From an uncultured delta proteobacterium (GTDB taxonomy: Bacteria; Desulfobacterota; Binatia; Binatales; Binataceae), in contig CAWEEQ010000004.1 in the NCBI GenBank assembly GCA_963808235.1, forward strand, positions 781,084 to 845,083: DNA of 64,000 nucleotides, in the 5' to 3' direction. Shown piece by piece: positions 7,406 through 17,659 of this stretch (its first letter is position 1; each line of letters opens with the position of its first letter). The translations under genes were made by a program, and so were the position numbers. The notes under the pieces are model-generated. The model made no database searches and was not told where the DNA came from. It saw only the letters and a program-made list of their open reading frames with translations.

Positions 7406-10400
7406 CTATGCGTTGAGTTCGTCGAGGAGCGCCTTGGCGTCCATCAGGTCGGCAGTGTCGAAGCCCTCAGAGAACCAGTTGTAGATGTCGGCGAGCATCG
7501 CGCACGCCTCGTCGCGGCGGTCGGTACTCATCAGTATTCGCGCGAGCGAGGTCGTCGCGCGCAGTTCGAGCGATTTCGCCCCCTGCTGTCGGGCCTTCTT
7601 GATCGCGTGCTCGACCGACGCTCTCGCCAGAGCCGGATCGGAAGGACTCTGACCCAGGAGCAACTCGCCGCGAAGGCGATTAATTTCCGCTTCCCAGAAA
7701 CATTCGCCGCTGCGACGGACCAGGTCCAGGGCGTCGCCGATCGCCTTCAAACCATGCTCGATGCGTCCGGCTCTCAGGCACGAGTCGGCGAGAGTCGCGA
7801 GACTGAGCGTGAGCCACAACTCCTCTCGGTTGGCCGAAAGTGCATCGGTTTCTTCGCGTATCTGCCTTATTCCCTCCTCCGCTCTTCCAAGCTCGGTTAA
7901 GGCCCACCCTTTGACAACGCGCGCATGGCGCAGAACGTAGAGGAACCCCACGTCCTCCGCTGCGTTTATCGCGGCCCCGGCGATTTCCAGCGCAAGCTTC
8001 GGTTCCAGCATCATGCGATGAACCAGTGCCTTCTCGTACAAGGCGAAAGCTGCCGAGATGGCGTCTCCAAGTTCATTCGCAAGTGAAACGGCCCGTTCCG
8101 CGCATCGCCGCGCCGCATCGGGACGACCGCGCAGCCATGACAGCTGCGCGTCCCATGCATAGCCGCACACGGCCGGATGATGAGCGGTGTAGAGCGGGAC
8201 GGCAGCCGAACGAAGCTTCGACTCGAACAGCTTGAGCCCCCGCTCGACATGGCGTTGCGAGGCCTCCAGTTCACCTGCGGAAAGCGCCACCGACCAGTCA
8301 TGATGGATCGCCTCGAGAAGGAAAACCGGATCGGGGTGGCGATCGACGAAATCCCAGATCGGCTTCTGCCGTTCGCGGGCTCCCCTCAAGTTGCCGCCGA
8401 CGTAGAGCAGTCCAAACAATCCAACCAGTAGCGCGAACTGCTGCTCGGGTGTGGCTCCTGTCTCAGCAAGCCGCTCGGCGCGAAGATAGGCCCTCTCGGT
8501 TTCCGGCGCCGCCCACCCTTTGGTGGCCATCAGCGCGGGACCAAGGCTGGTTTGGAGCGCGAATTCGCGCCGGTCCCGCTCGGGGCTAGATGGCGTGCGT
8601 TCAAGTAATTCCAAAGCGGCGGTTAGGTTCCGCATCGCCTCGCCGTACGCCAGTCGCCGAACGGCTCGGAGACCTGCGCTTTCGAGATAGTCGAGTGCCT
8701 TCGCGGAATTTCCGCTGCGGCTGTAATGATGGGCCAGTTCGTCGAGGTAGTCGTCGATTGAATTTGCGTAGAGCCTCTCGAGAGCCGCACCGATTCGTCC
8801 ATGAAGTTGTCTGCGCCGTTCCATCAGTGCCGAGTTGTACGAGACCTCCAGTGTCAGCGCGTGCTTGAAGGTGTATTCAGAATCGCCGATGGCCGGCTGC
8901 TCGTAGATGAACTCGCCGAGCTGGAGGACATCGAGCAGCCGCCTGGTCTCGTCATCCGGGATCGAGACCACCGCGCGAATCAGCGACAGCGGAAATTCGC
9001 GGCCAATCACCGCCAGCGTCTGTAACAGGTCTTTGGCATCCTGCGGCAGGCGGTCGATGCGCGCGGCGAGAATCGCCTGAACTGTCGGCGGAATCTTCAA
9101 CGCCGCCAACGACCGCGTGAGCTTCACCGCCCCGCCGTCACGCACCAGCGCGTTCTCGTCGAACAGGACCTGCACCGTCTCTTCCATGAAGAACGGATTG
9201 CCCTCGGTCTTCTCGACAATCAGCCGCTTGAGCGGCGCGAGTTCGGTACCGTCGCCGAGCAGCGCGGACAACATCTCCTCGGCAGATTCTTTGCCCAGCG
9301 GGTCCAAGCGTAACTGAATGTAGTAGGTCTTGCTGTTCCACTGATGCGAGTACTCGGGGCGATAATTGACCAGCAGCAGGATCTTCGCCGTGCCGATGGA
9401 TTCTGCCAGCAGGTTCAAAAAGCCTTGCGTCTCCTCGTCGATCCAGTGCAGGTCCTCGAAAATCACCATCAGCGGCTGATTCATCGACTCTCGCAGCAGG
9501 ATGCGCTTGATCGCGTCGAGCGTGCGCCGCCTGCGCACCTCCCCGTCCATTTGCGCCAGCGGATCGTCGCCCTCGATAATGCCCAGCAATACGAAAAGGT
9601 ACGGCAACGTATCTTCAAGCGAACGATCGAGCGTCAAGACCTTGCCGTTGACTTTCTCGCGCCGCGTGCGCACGTCGTCATCCGAGGTGATGCGGAAGTA
9701 GCCGTGTAGCAACTCGATTGTGGGCAGATACGCAGACGCTTTCCCGTGAGAGACGGAAAAGGTCTCCAGCACCATCCAGCCCGACTGGTGCTTGGCCTTG
9801 AACTCAAAGAACAGGCGCGATTTGCCGGTGCCGGCCTCGGCCATCGCGGCGACAATCTGTCCGCGTCCAACGCGCGTGAGTTCCGACGCGTTGCGCATCG
9901 CCTCCATCTCGCGCTCGCGCCCGACGAACTTGGTAAGCCCCCGCCCCGCCGAGCGTTGCAGCCGTGTGCGCAACGGCCCGAGCCCGGTCACCTCGTAAAC
10001 ATTGACCGGCTCGGTGACTCCTTTTACTTTGGTCGGACCCAGCGGCTTGAGCTGGAAATATCCCTCGACCAGTTTGCTCGTCTGCTCACTGATCGCGATC
10101 GAGCCGGTTGGCGCGACGGCCTGCATCCGCGACGCCAGGTTGGTGGTGTGCCCAATCGGCGTGTATTCAACGTGGCCGCTGCCGGTTGAGATCGAGCGCA
10201 CGACGACTTCGCCGGTGTTCGCGCCGATGCGCGCCTCGATCGGCCTTCCACCCTCGGCCACCAGTTTGGCCGAGTAGCGTTTCAGCTCCTCCTGCATCCG
10301 CAGGCCAGCGTACAGAGCGCGCTGCGGATGGTCCTCGTGCGCAAGCGGTGCGCCGAACAGCGCGAAAATCCCGTCGCCGGTGGACTGCACGATGTATCCG

Positions 10401-10843
10401 TCGTAGCGGCGGACGGCGTCGATCATCAGCTTGAGTGCCGGATCGACGATCGCGCGAGCCTCTTCGGGATCCAAGTCCTGCTCCAACTCCGTCGATCCCT
10501 TGATGTCGGCGAACAGCGCCGTGATCGTCTTGCGCTCGCCCTCCAGATTTTCAGGGGCTGGTGTCTCAGCTACTAGAATCGGTGAGTCATTCGCTTTCTT
10601 TGCCGGGGCAGTGCCCGCGGGCGCTCCGAGCGCCGTGCCGCATTCGCCACAAAAGCGTTTGTCCGCTGGATTATCGGCGCCGCACTTCGGACAAAGATTC
10701 GCGAGCGCCGCGCCGCAATCACCGCAGAACTTCTTGCCGGCCGGATTTTCAGCTTTGCAATTCGAGCAGCGCATCGGCTTTGTCAGAAAAGATGAGCGAC
10801 TTGCCTCGTATATCACCGAGCGCGTTGAGGGACTAGCCGACAA
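7406..10843 (-). CDS. Multidomain signalling protein: 2x zinc ribbon, class III adenylate/guanylate cyclase domain, STAND-like P-loop NTPase (AAA_16-like), TPR repeats
   Basis: 1145 aa. The N-terminus has CSNCKAENPAGKKFCGDCGAAL and CPKCGADNPADKRFCGECGTAL. The cyclase core is ITALFADIKGSTEL...GDGIFALFGAP. Walker A is AGTGKSRL. A long C-terminal TPR-like helical repeat region follows. The ORF start is a TTG; an internal ATG at about 10774 is equally possible. Confidence 0.85.
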   Translation of the reverse strand: MSASPSTRSVIYEASRSSFLTKPMRCSNCKAENPAGKKFCGDCGAALANLCPKCGADNPADKRFCGECGTALGAPAGTAPAKKANDSPILVAETPAPENLEGERKTITALFADIKGSTELEQDLDPEEARAIVDPALKLMIDAVRRYDGYIVQSTGDGIFALFGAPLAHEDHPQRALYAGLRMQEELKRYSAKLVAEGGRPIEARIGANTGEVVVRSISTGSGHVEYTPIGHTTNLASRMQAVAPTGSIAISEQTSKLVEGYFQLKPLGPTKVKGVTEPVNVYEVTGLGPLRTRLQRSAGRGLTKFVGREREMEAMRNASELTRVGRGQIVAAMAEAGTGKSRLFFEFKAKHQSGWMVLETFSVSHGKASAYLPTIELLHGYFRITSDDDVRTRREKVNGKVLTLDRSLEDTLPYLFVLLGIIEGDDPLAQMDGEVRRRRTLDAIKRILLRESMNQPLMVIFEDLHWIDEETQGFLNLLAESIGTAKILLLVNYRPEYSHQWNSKTYYIQLRLDPLGKESAEEMLSALLGDGTELAPLKRLIVEKTEGNPFFMEETVQVLFDENALVRDGGAVKLTRSLAALKIPPTVQAILAARIDRLPQDAKDLLQTLAVIGREFPLSLIRAVVSIPDDETRRLLDVLQLGEFIYEQPAIGDSEYTFKHALTLEVSYNSALMERRRQLHGRIGAALERLYANSIDDYLDELAHHYSRSGNSAKALDYLESAGLRAVRRLAYGEAMRNLTAALELLERTPSSPERDRREFALQTSLGPALMATKGWAAPETERAYLRAERLAETGATPEQQFALLVGLFGLLYVGGNLRGARERQKPIWDFVDRHPDPVFLLEAIHHDWSVALSAGELEASQRHVERGLKLFESKLRSAAVPLYTAHHPAVCGYAWDAQLSWLRGRPDAARRCAERAVSLANELGDAISAAFALYEKALVHRMMLEPKLALEIAGAAINAAEDVGFLYVLRHARVVKGWALTELGRAEEGIRQIREETDALSANREELWLTLSLATLADSCLRAGRIEHGLKAIGDALDLVRRSGECFWEAEINRLRGELLLGQSPSDPALARASVEHAIKKARQQGAKSLELRATTSLARILMSTDRRDEACAMLADIYNWFSEGFDTADLMDAKALLDELNA

Positions 10844-11035
10844 CGCGAGAACGATCGCAATACGTCGCCTGCTATGTCCGGATCGAGCGCATGCTGATGG
10901 AACAGCTCAACTACAACTTCGTTTGCCGTCTTCGCGGGTGAGGGCGCTCACATCGAGCACAGCTACGCGCTCGTGCTGGAACTTTGCTAGCATCGCGAAC
11001 GCGACCCGGAGCGAAAGGGAAAGGAAAAGACAGCC

Positions 11036-11809
11036 ATGGTTAAGATCGTGTACGTACTGGCGCGGCGCGCCGATGTGCCTGCCGAAAAGTTTTACGACTA
11101 TTGGCTCAATTCGCACGGGCCGCGAGTGCGCGGTCATGCAAAAGCGATCCACGCGCGCAAGTACATCCAGAGCCACCTGATCGACACTCCTCTTAACCGC
11201 GAATTTCAGGAACCGCGCGGAATGCTGGACCCGATGGCTGGCATCACCGAAGTCTGGTGGGACTCTGTTGCCGACTTCGAGCGCCGTGACAATGATCCGA
11301 CGCGCGCCGCGGCAACCCGCGACCTGGCGGAAGACGAGGCCAAGTTCATCGACATCGCGCGCTCGCAAGTGTTTCTGACCGAGGAGCATACGATCTTTGA
11401 CTACACCGCCGGCGCCAAGCTCGGCCGCGATGCGATCAAAGTCACCTATCTGCTCAGCAAGCGCGATTCGTTGTCGGTCGCGGATTGCCACAAGACCTGG
11501 CTGAGGGATCATGGGCCGCTGGTAACCAGCTTCGCGAAAGATGTTCGCGCGGCGAAGTATATCCAGAGCCACACCATCGCACCGGAGTTCAACGCAGCGG
11601 TTGTGAAGAGCCGCGGCTTTGCCAAGCCGCTCGACGGAATCACCGAGGTATGGTGGAAATCGATCGATGACCTGACCGCTGGTTCCGCTACACCGGCAGC
11701 GGCGCAAGCGTATGCGAAGCTCATCGAGGACGAACGCCGCTTCGTCGAGATGTCGCGCTCGCGATGCTTCCTGACCAAAGAGCACGTCATCTTCGATTAC
11801 ACGAGTTAG
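11036..11809 (+). CDS. Tandem EthD-domain protein (two EthD/dimeric alpha-beta barrel repeats fused)
   Basis: 257 aa made of two homologous halves of about 125 aa (VYVLARRADVP...ITEVWWDSVADFE and TYLLSKRDSLS...ITEVWWKSIDDLT). Confidence 0.7.
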   Translation: MVKIVYVLARRADVPAEKFYDYWLNSHGPRVRGHAKAIHARKYIQSHLIDTPLNREFQEPRGMLDPMAGITEVWWDSVADFERRDNDPTRAAATRDLAEDEAKFIDIARSQVFLTEEHTIFDYTAGAKLGRDAIKVTYLLSKRDSLSVADCHKTWLRDHGPLVTSFAKDVRAAKYIQSHTIAPEFNAAVVKSRGFAKPLDGITEVWWKSIDDLTAGSATPAAAQAYAKLIEDERRFVEMSRSRCFLTKEHVIFDYTS

Positions 11810-11843
11810 GTCTCGAGCCGCACGCGCGCGCAGAGAGGTGAAT

Positions 11844-13007
11844 ATGAAAGTTTCGCTCTTCTACCTGCCTTCGGTCGGCAGCAAGGCCGACATCGAAAAA
11901 GGCCAAGCCGGATTGCGGGGTCATCTCTACGATCAAATGCTCCACGACATCACCGGCCAGGCCAAGCTCGCCGACGATCTCGGCTACGACTCGATCAGCT
12001 TCACCGAGCATCACTTTCACGTCGAGGGTTTCGAGCTGTCGAACAACCCCGTCCTGCTCGACTTGTACATCGCGATGCAAACCAAGCGGCTGCGCGTCGG
12101 CCAGCTCGGCATCGTGCTGCCGTCGCAGAATCCGCTACGCGTCGCCGAGGATATCGCGATGCTCGATCATATGTCCGGTGGTCGCGCCAACGCCGGCTTC
12201 GCGCGCGGCTATCAGCGCCGATGGGTCGACATCATGGCCCAGCAGACGCATGGGATTCACGGCGCGCTGCCGCATCAGCACGACGAGATCGACAACGCAA
12301 ATCGCGCCGCCTTCGAAGAAAACTTCCGCATCATCAAAAAGGCGTGGACCGAAGACTTCCTTTCATACGATGGCAAGTACTGGAGCGTACCGCCCGGCGA
12401 GACGCCGTGGACTCTCGACGCGACCGCGAAGTGGGGCGGCGGCATAGACAACGGCATCGTACGCATGGTCTCGGTGGTGCCGAAGCCGGTGCAGAAACCG
12501 CATCCGCCGATATTCCAGCCGTTCGCGTCGTCCGAGCGCAGCATCAGATGGTGCGCGCAGGAGGGCGTCACCGCGATCCTGCCGCCGCTCCATCCGTCGC
12601 TCGAGCATCAGCTCTGCGAGGTTTATGGCGAGGTCTCGCACAAGCCGCTCGGCGAAGGGATGGGCGTGTTGCGCGACATCGTGATCGCCGACAGCGACGA
12701 TGAAGCGCGCGCAATCTGGCGCGAGAGCGGCTACTTCTGCGGCCACGAATGGTTCGAGCCGTTCGGATTTTCCAAGGGCCTCGACGATCCAAAAACCGGC
12801 GAACCGGCCGACCTTTGGACCAACGGCCTCGCGTTCGTCGGAACCGTCGACACGGTGACGCGCCAGGTCGAGCATCTGCTCAAACGCCTGCCGATTAGAT
12901 GGATCTTCGCGTGGATGTACAATGGCCTGATGCCGCACGATCGCTTGATGAAAACGATCGAACTCTTCTGGACCAAAGTGCTGCCCCGCGTTTCGGATCT
13001 GCGCTAA
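11844..13007 (+). CDS. LLM-class flavin-dependent oxidoreductase (luciferase-like monooxygenase)
   Basis: An LLM TIM-barrel signature (ISFTEHHFHVEGFELSNNPV). GAGAGG lies 6 nt upstream of the ATG at 11844. The ORF-track start at 11838 is 2 codons upstream. Confidence 0.8.
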   Translation: MKVSLFYLPSVGSKADIEKGQAGLRGHLYDQMLHDITGQAKLADDLGYDSISFTEHHFHVEGFELSNNPVLLDLYIAMQTKRLRVGQLGIVLPSQNPLRVAEDIAMLDHMSGGRANAGFARGYQRRWVDIMAQQTHGIHGALPHQHDEIDNANRAAFEENFRIIKKAWTEDFLSYDGKYWSVPPGETPWTLDATAKWGGGIDNGIVRMVSVVPKPVQKPHPPIFQPFASSERSIRWCAQEGVTAILPPLHPSLEHQLCEVYGEVSHKPLGEGMGVLRDIVIADSDDEARAIWRESGYFCGHEWFEPFGFSKGLDDPKTGEPADLWTNGLAFVGTVDTVTRQVEHLLKRLPIRWIFAWMYNGLMPHDRLMKTIELFWTKVLPRVSDLR

Positions 13008-13031
13008 CTGCGCATCATCTCTGACTCCGAA

Positions 13032-15086
13032 GTGCCGATACTCGCCTCACACACGGTTCTCGAAGACCTCGCAATGGTGCTATGCGTCGCCGCAATCACC
13101 ACCGTTATCTTTCAGAAAATCCGCCAACCGGTCGTCGTCGGTTACTTGCTCGCGGGAGTAATCGTCGGTCCTTATGTCACGATTTTTCCGCTGCTCGCCG
13201 ATTCCGAGCGCATCCACACCCTCTCCGAACTCGGCGTGATCCTCTTGATGTTTGCGCTGGGGCTGGAGTTCCGGCTGAGCCGGCTGATCCGCCTAGGCCC
13301 GACCTCCGGCTTCATCACCGCGCTTCAAGTCGGCTTCATGATCTGGCTGGGCTACATATGCGGCCGCGCACTCGGATGGACTCCGCTCGAGTCCATTTTC
13401 ACCGGCGCGATACTTTCCATCTCGAGCACCACGATCGTTGCCAAGGCCTATGAGGAGACGCCGGTCGCCCCGACTTTGCGCGAACTCGCGTTTGGCATCC
13501 TGCTCGCTGAGGATCTGACCGCGGTCGTCGAACTCGCCGTGCTGACCACGCTCGCATCGGGCGCCGGCGTGTCGGCGCCGATGATGACTGTCACGATCGG
13601 CCGCCTCATCTTGTTTCTCGTCGCGTTCGTAGGAATCGGATTTATCGTCGTGCCGCCGCTCGTGAGGATAGTGGTGAGCCTCGACCGGCCCGAGACCACC
13701 CTGGTCGCGAGCGTCGGTATCTGTTTCGCGTTCGCGCTCATCGCGGAGCACTCAGGTTACTCGGTCGCACTCGGCGCGTTTCTGGCCGGCTCGCTGGTCG
13801 CGGAGTCGGGTAAGGCCGATCAGATCGAACGCCTTGTCGCGCCGGTCCGCGATATCTTCGGCGCGGTATTCTTCGTCTCGGTCGGCATGATGATCGATCC
13901 TCAGCTAATCGCGCAGCATTGGATCGCGCTGATCGTGCTGACCGTGGCTGTGATCGCCGGGAAATTCATCGGCGTCACCTTCGCGTCGATTTTGAGCGGC
14001 GTCGGCACCAGGACGTCGATCCAGGCGGGCATGAGTCTCGCGCAAATCGGCGAGTTCTCGTTCATCATAGCGGGCGCCGGAATGAAAACCGGCGCGACCC
14101 GCGATTTTCTTTATTCGATTGCCGTTGCCGTCTCTGTAATCACAACATTCCTGACTCCATATCTGATTCGATCGTCCGGGCCATGCGCTGACTTCGTATC
14201 CCGCCATCTGCCACGTCCGCTCAAGGTACTCGAATCGCTCTACGACTCGTGGTTCGAGCGAATTCGTCAAGCCGCGGCGCCAACTGAAGACAGCCGTTCG
14301 ATCGGATGGCCCATCGCGACCATCGTGTCCAGCGCGAGTCTAATCGGCGCGATTCTCATCATCAACGAACGCGACCCCTTCGACGTGACGACGATCGTCG
14401 CTAAGCTGGAGCGCCTACCGTATTTTTCCGCCGGCCTGTTCGTGGACGCATTCGCGTTGCTGCTGTGCGTGGGGCCTGCGGCCGGTCTTTATTTCGGCGC
14501 GCATCGTCTTGCGACCGCGCTTGCATCACGAGCGTTTCCGGATTTGACCACAGAAGAAATCAGCGCGGGAAAAGCGATGATCGAATTGCTGCACGTAACC
14601 ATCCTGCTGGTCGCCGCGGTGCCGCTCCTGGCGGTAGTTCAGCCCTTCATGGCGCCGGTGGAAGGAATCGCAGTTATGGTCATCTCGATCCTGCTGATGA
14701 TCATAGTAGTTGCTCGAAATGTTGGCCGGATACAAAACCAGATGCGCGACGCGGTGCATTTTATCGCCAATACGATGCGCGGCTCGCGTGCCGAAGGCCG
14801 CTCGTACGAAGTTCCCGGCATCGGGACGCTGACCCCGGTCAGCGTGCAGGCAGGCAGCAGCGGAATCGGAAAACGCCTCTCCGAAATCGATCTGCACACG
14901 CAGAGTGGCGCCGTGGTAGTAGCAATAGGACGCGGCGGCTCGGACGTGATAATTCCCACCGGCGACGAAGTCCTCCGCCCCGGCGACATCCTCGAACTAG
15001 CGGGCTCAACCGACGCAGTAGCAACCGCAATCCGCCTCCTGAACCTTCCGCGACCAACTTCGGCCACCGCCGAAGCCTCGCTCTAA
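13032..15086 (+). CDS. Cation:proton antiporter (CPA2/Kef-type) with C-terminal TrkA-C (RCK_C) domain
   Basis: 684 aa. About 12 TM helices of the Na_H_Exchanger type, and a C-terminal domain VPGIGTLTPVSVQAGSSGIGKRLSEIDL...GDEVLRPGDILELAG typical of TrkA-C. Confidence 0.8.
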   Translation: MPILASHTVLEDLAMVLCVAAITTVIFQKIRQPVVVGYLLAGVIVGPYVTIFPLLADSERIHTLSELGVILLMFALGLEFRLSRLIRLGPTSGFITALQVGFMIWLGYICGRALGWTPLESIFTGAILSISSTTIVAKAYEETPVAPTLRELAFGILLAEDLTAVVELAVLTTLASGAGVSAPMMTVTIGRLILFLVAFVGIGFIVVPPLVRIVVSLDRPETTLVASVGICFAFALIAEHSGYSVALGAFLAGSLVAESGKADQIERLVAPVRDIFGAVFFVSVGMMIDPQLIAQHWIALIVLTVAVIAGKFIGVTFASILSGVGTRTSIQAGMSLAQIGEFSFIIAGAGMKTGATRDFLYSIAVAVSVITTFLTPYLIRSSGPCADFVSRHLPRPLKVLESLYDSWFERIRQAAAPTEDSRSIGWPIATIVSSASLIGAILIINERDPFDVTTIVAKLERLPYFSAGLFVDAFALLLCVGPAAGLYFGAHRLATALASRAFPDLTTEEISAGKAMIELLHVTILLVAAVPLLAVVQPFMAPVEGIAVMVISILLMIIVVARNVGRIQNQMRDAVHFIANTMRGSRAEGRSYEVPGIGTLTPVSVQAGSSGIGKRLSEIDLHTQSGAVVVAIGRGGSDVIIPTGDEVLRPGDILELAGSTDAVATAIRLLNLPRPTSATAEASL

Positions 15087-15190
15087 TATTTGTTCCCCTT
15101 CCCAGATGGGAAGCGGCTATGGGGTTAGGTCGCTCGGTTGCATCATCGGATCTTCGGTCGTAACGTCTCGATAATTTCTGCGAGGTTGAT

Positions 15191-15958
15191 ATGAATCTGA
15201 AAAACGCAATTGCGATAGTCACCGGCGGAGGCTCAGGACTCGGCGAGGCCACAATCCGCGAGTTCGCTTCCGCCGGCGCGAAAGTCGCGATTCTCGATCT
15301 ACCGTCGTCACCCGGCGCCAAAGTCGCCGAATCGCTCGGTGACAACGCGCTATTCGTGGTCGCCGACGTCGCCTCCGCCGATCAGGCCGCCGACGCCGTT
15401 GCAAAGACAGTTGCGAAGTTCGGCGCGGTTCATATCGCCGTGAACTGCGCCGGCATCGGCCGCGCGATGCGCACGATTACCAAGGACGGTCCGCACTCGC
15501 TCGATTTGTTTAGCAAAGTGATCGCGGTGAATCTCATCGGCACGTTCAACGTCACGCGCCTGGCCGCGGCGGCGATGGCGAAGAATCAGCCGAGTGCCGA
15601 CGGCGAGCGCGGCGTGATCATCAATACCGCTTCGGTCGCGGCCTACGATGGACAGATCGGGCAGGCCGCATACTCCGCATCGAAGGGCGGCGTAGTCGCG
15701 ATGACGCTGCCGATCGCGCGCGACCTCGCATCACTGGGGATCCGCGTCTGCACGATCGCGCCGGGAACTTTCGAAACCCCGATGCTCGCGGGACTCCCCG
15801 ATCCAGCGCGCAAAGCCCTCGCTGCGCAAATCCCATTCCCGCAGCGCCTCGGCAAACCAACCGAGTACGCCGCCTTGGCGCGTCACATAGTAGAAAACGA
15901 AATGTTGAACGGTGAAACAATCCGCCTCGACGGCGCGCTGCGCATGCCTCCGCGCTGA
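15191..15958 (+). CDS. SDR family oxidoreductase (3-hydroxyacyl-CoA dehydrogenase type-2-like)
   Basis: TGGGSGLG cofactor motif, NCAG, and the YSASK catalytic motif. Confidence 0.85.
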   Translation: MNLKNAIAIVTGGGSGLGEATIREFASAGAKVAILDLPSSPGAKVAESLGDNALFVVADVASADQAADAVAKTVAKFGAVHIAVNCAGIGRAMRTITKDGPHSLDLFSKVIAVNLIGTFNVTRLAAAAMAKNQPSADGERGVIINTASVAAYDGQIGQAAYSASKGGVVAMTLPIARDLASLGIRVCTIAPGTFETPMLAGLPDPARKALAAQIPFPQRLGKPTEYAALARHIVENEMLNGETIRLDGALRMPPR

Positions 15959-15979
15959 ATCCTGAAGAGGTGATAGAAG

Positions 15980-16867
15980 ATGATCATCGCGCAAATCACG
16001 GACCTTCACGTGGTAGCGAAAGGTCGCCTGTGTTACCGCAGAGTGCCGACCAACACACAGCTCGCGCAGTCCGTCGCGCACATCAACGGTCTTGATCCCA
16101 AGCCGACCGCGGTCATCGCTTCGGGCGATCTGACCGATCACGGGCGCCCGGAAGAATACGATTTGCTGCGTGAGATCCTGTCAGAGTTGATTCCTCCCGT
16201 GTTCGTGATTCCGGGAAATCACGACCGGCGCGAGGTCCTCTTGAAGGCATTTGCCGCCGAGGAGTACATGCCGACGCCTGATTCGCCGTTCGTGAACTAT
16301 GCGATCGATAAGTATCCCGTCCGGCTGGTTGGACTCGATACCTCCGTGCCGGGACACCATCATGGGATGATGTGCGAAGAACGGCTGCGATGGCTCGACG
16401 CTACGCTTGGCGCGCGGCCCGATTCTCCGACGCTGATTTTCATGCATCACCCGCCGTTTCGCTCCGGGGTGCAATGGATGGATGCGTCGGGCCTGCATGG
16501 TGGCCGGATGATGGAGGACATTGTGCGGCGGCATCGACAGGTCGTGCGAGTCGCGTGCGGTCATATACATCGGCCAATCCACGTGGCGTGGGGTGGCACG
16601 ATTGCGTCCACGTCACCGAGCACTTGTCATCAGGTTTCGCTCGACTTGGCCGGGCGAGACGGATTCGAATTCACGATGGAGCCGCGAGCGGTGCAGCTTC
16701 ATGTATGGGACGAGAATTACGGATTGGTTTCGCATCTCAGCTACGTTCCTGCCGGCTACGAGGAAGTAGCGATGCTCAGTGGTCTGACCGATGAGGCCCG
16801 CGTGAAACTGCTCGCGCAGAACCGGCGAGACTATCAGGAGCTCTGCAAGAGCGAGTACGACAGATGA
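15980..16867 (+). CDS. Metallophosphoesterase, class III 3',5'-cyclic-nucleotide phosphodiesterase (CpdA-like)
   Basis: Motifs DLHV, GDLTDHG, GNHD and GHIH in canonical order. Confidence 0.75.
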   Translation: MIIAQITDLHVVAKGRLCYRRVPTNTQLAQSVAHINGLDPKPTAVIASGDLTDHGRPEEYDLLREILSELIPPVFVIPGNHDRREVLLKAFAAEEYMPTPDSPFVNYAIDKYPVRLVGLDTSVPGHHHGMMCEERLRWLDATLGARPDSPTLIFMHHPPFRSGVQWMDASGLHGGRMMEDIVRRHRQVVRVACGHIHRPIHVAWGGTIASTSPSTCHQVSLDLAGRDGFEFTMEPRAVQLHVWDENYGLVSHLSYVPAGYEEVAMLSGLTDEARVKLLAQNRRDYQELCKSEYDR

Positions 16868-17656
16868 TCAAATCGTCGAGGCGTTTCGCGCGACGCGCGT
16901 TGCCAGGATGAACGTGAACGCCGCGAAGGCGATCGCGATACACACTGACGACGCCATCGGCATCGTGGCGCCGCTGGCGGCGGGCTCGGCGAGGTAGAGT
17001 GCGTGGCGGAGCGCCTCGGTCCCATAGGTCACGGGATTCAGGCGCGTGGTCCATTGAAACCACATTGGCGCGCCGGCGACCGGGAAGACCGCCCCCGACA
17101 GCATCCAGATCGGAAGCAGCAGCATATTCATGAACCCATGGAAGCCCTGGGTAGTGTCGATTCGCCACGCCATCATCAGTCCGATGCTGGTCATCGCGAA
17201 CGCGACAATCGCCATCATCGCGATCGACACCACGAAAGCTTCGAGACTCAAGTGGATTCCCGCCAGCGGCGCCAGCGCGAGGAAGATAACTCCCTGCATC
17301 AGCGCCAGCGTGGTGCCGCCGAGCGCCTGTCCGAGCACGATTGTTGAGCGTGAGATCGGCGCGACCAGCACTCCTTGAAGGAAGCCTTCGCGGCGATCGT
17401 CGACGGTCGAGGCGGTCGCGAAGATCGCCGTGAAGAGGAGCATCAGCACGATCACGCCGGGGTAGAAGTATTGCACGTAGTTGCTGCCCGCCGGCATCCC
17501 GCTCGGCTTGAATGACGCTTGCAGGCCGGTGCCGAGCAGCAGCCAGAAAACCAGCGGAGTCAGGATCGCGCTCATCACGCGGATCGGCTGGCGGATGAAG
17601 CGCACGATCTCCCGCTCCCAGAGCGTCTCGGCCTGAAGAAAAATTTCGCGCATCAC
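16868..17656 (-). CDS. ABC-2 type transporter permease
   Basis: 262 aa with 6 predicted TM helices. Immediately downstream of the ABC ATPase with a 3-nt gap. Confidence 0.75.
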   Translation of the reverse strand: MMREIFLQAETLWEREIVRFIRQPIRVMSAILTPLVFWLLLGTGLQASFKPSGMPAGSNYVQYFYPGVIVLMLLFTAIFATASTVDDRREGFLQGVLVAPISRSTIVLGQALGGTTLALMQGVIFLALAPLAGIHLSLEAFVVSIAMMAIVAFAMTSIGLMMAWRIDTTQGFHGFMNMLLLPIWMLSGAVFPVAGAPMWFQWTTRLNPVTYGTEALRHALYLAEPAASGATMPMASSVCIAIAFAAFTFILATRVARNASTI

Positions 17657-17659
17657 TTT

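Noticed and set aside
10907-11785. 292-aa minus-strand ORF antisense to the EthD tandem gene
   Set aside because: It is antisense to a CDS with clear internal domain duplication. It has no motifs and GC-artefact composition.
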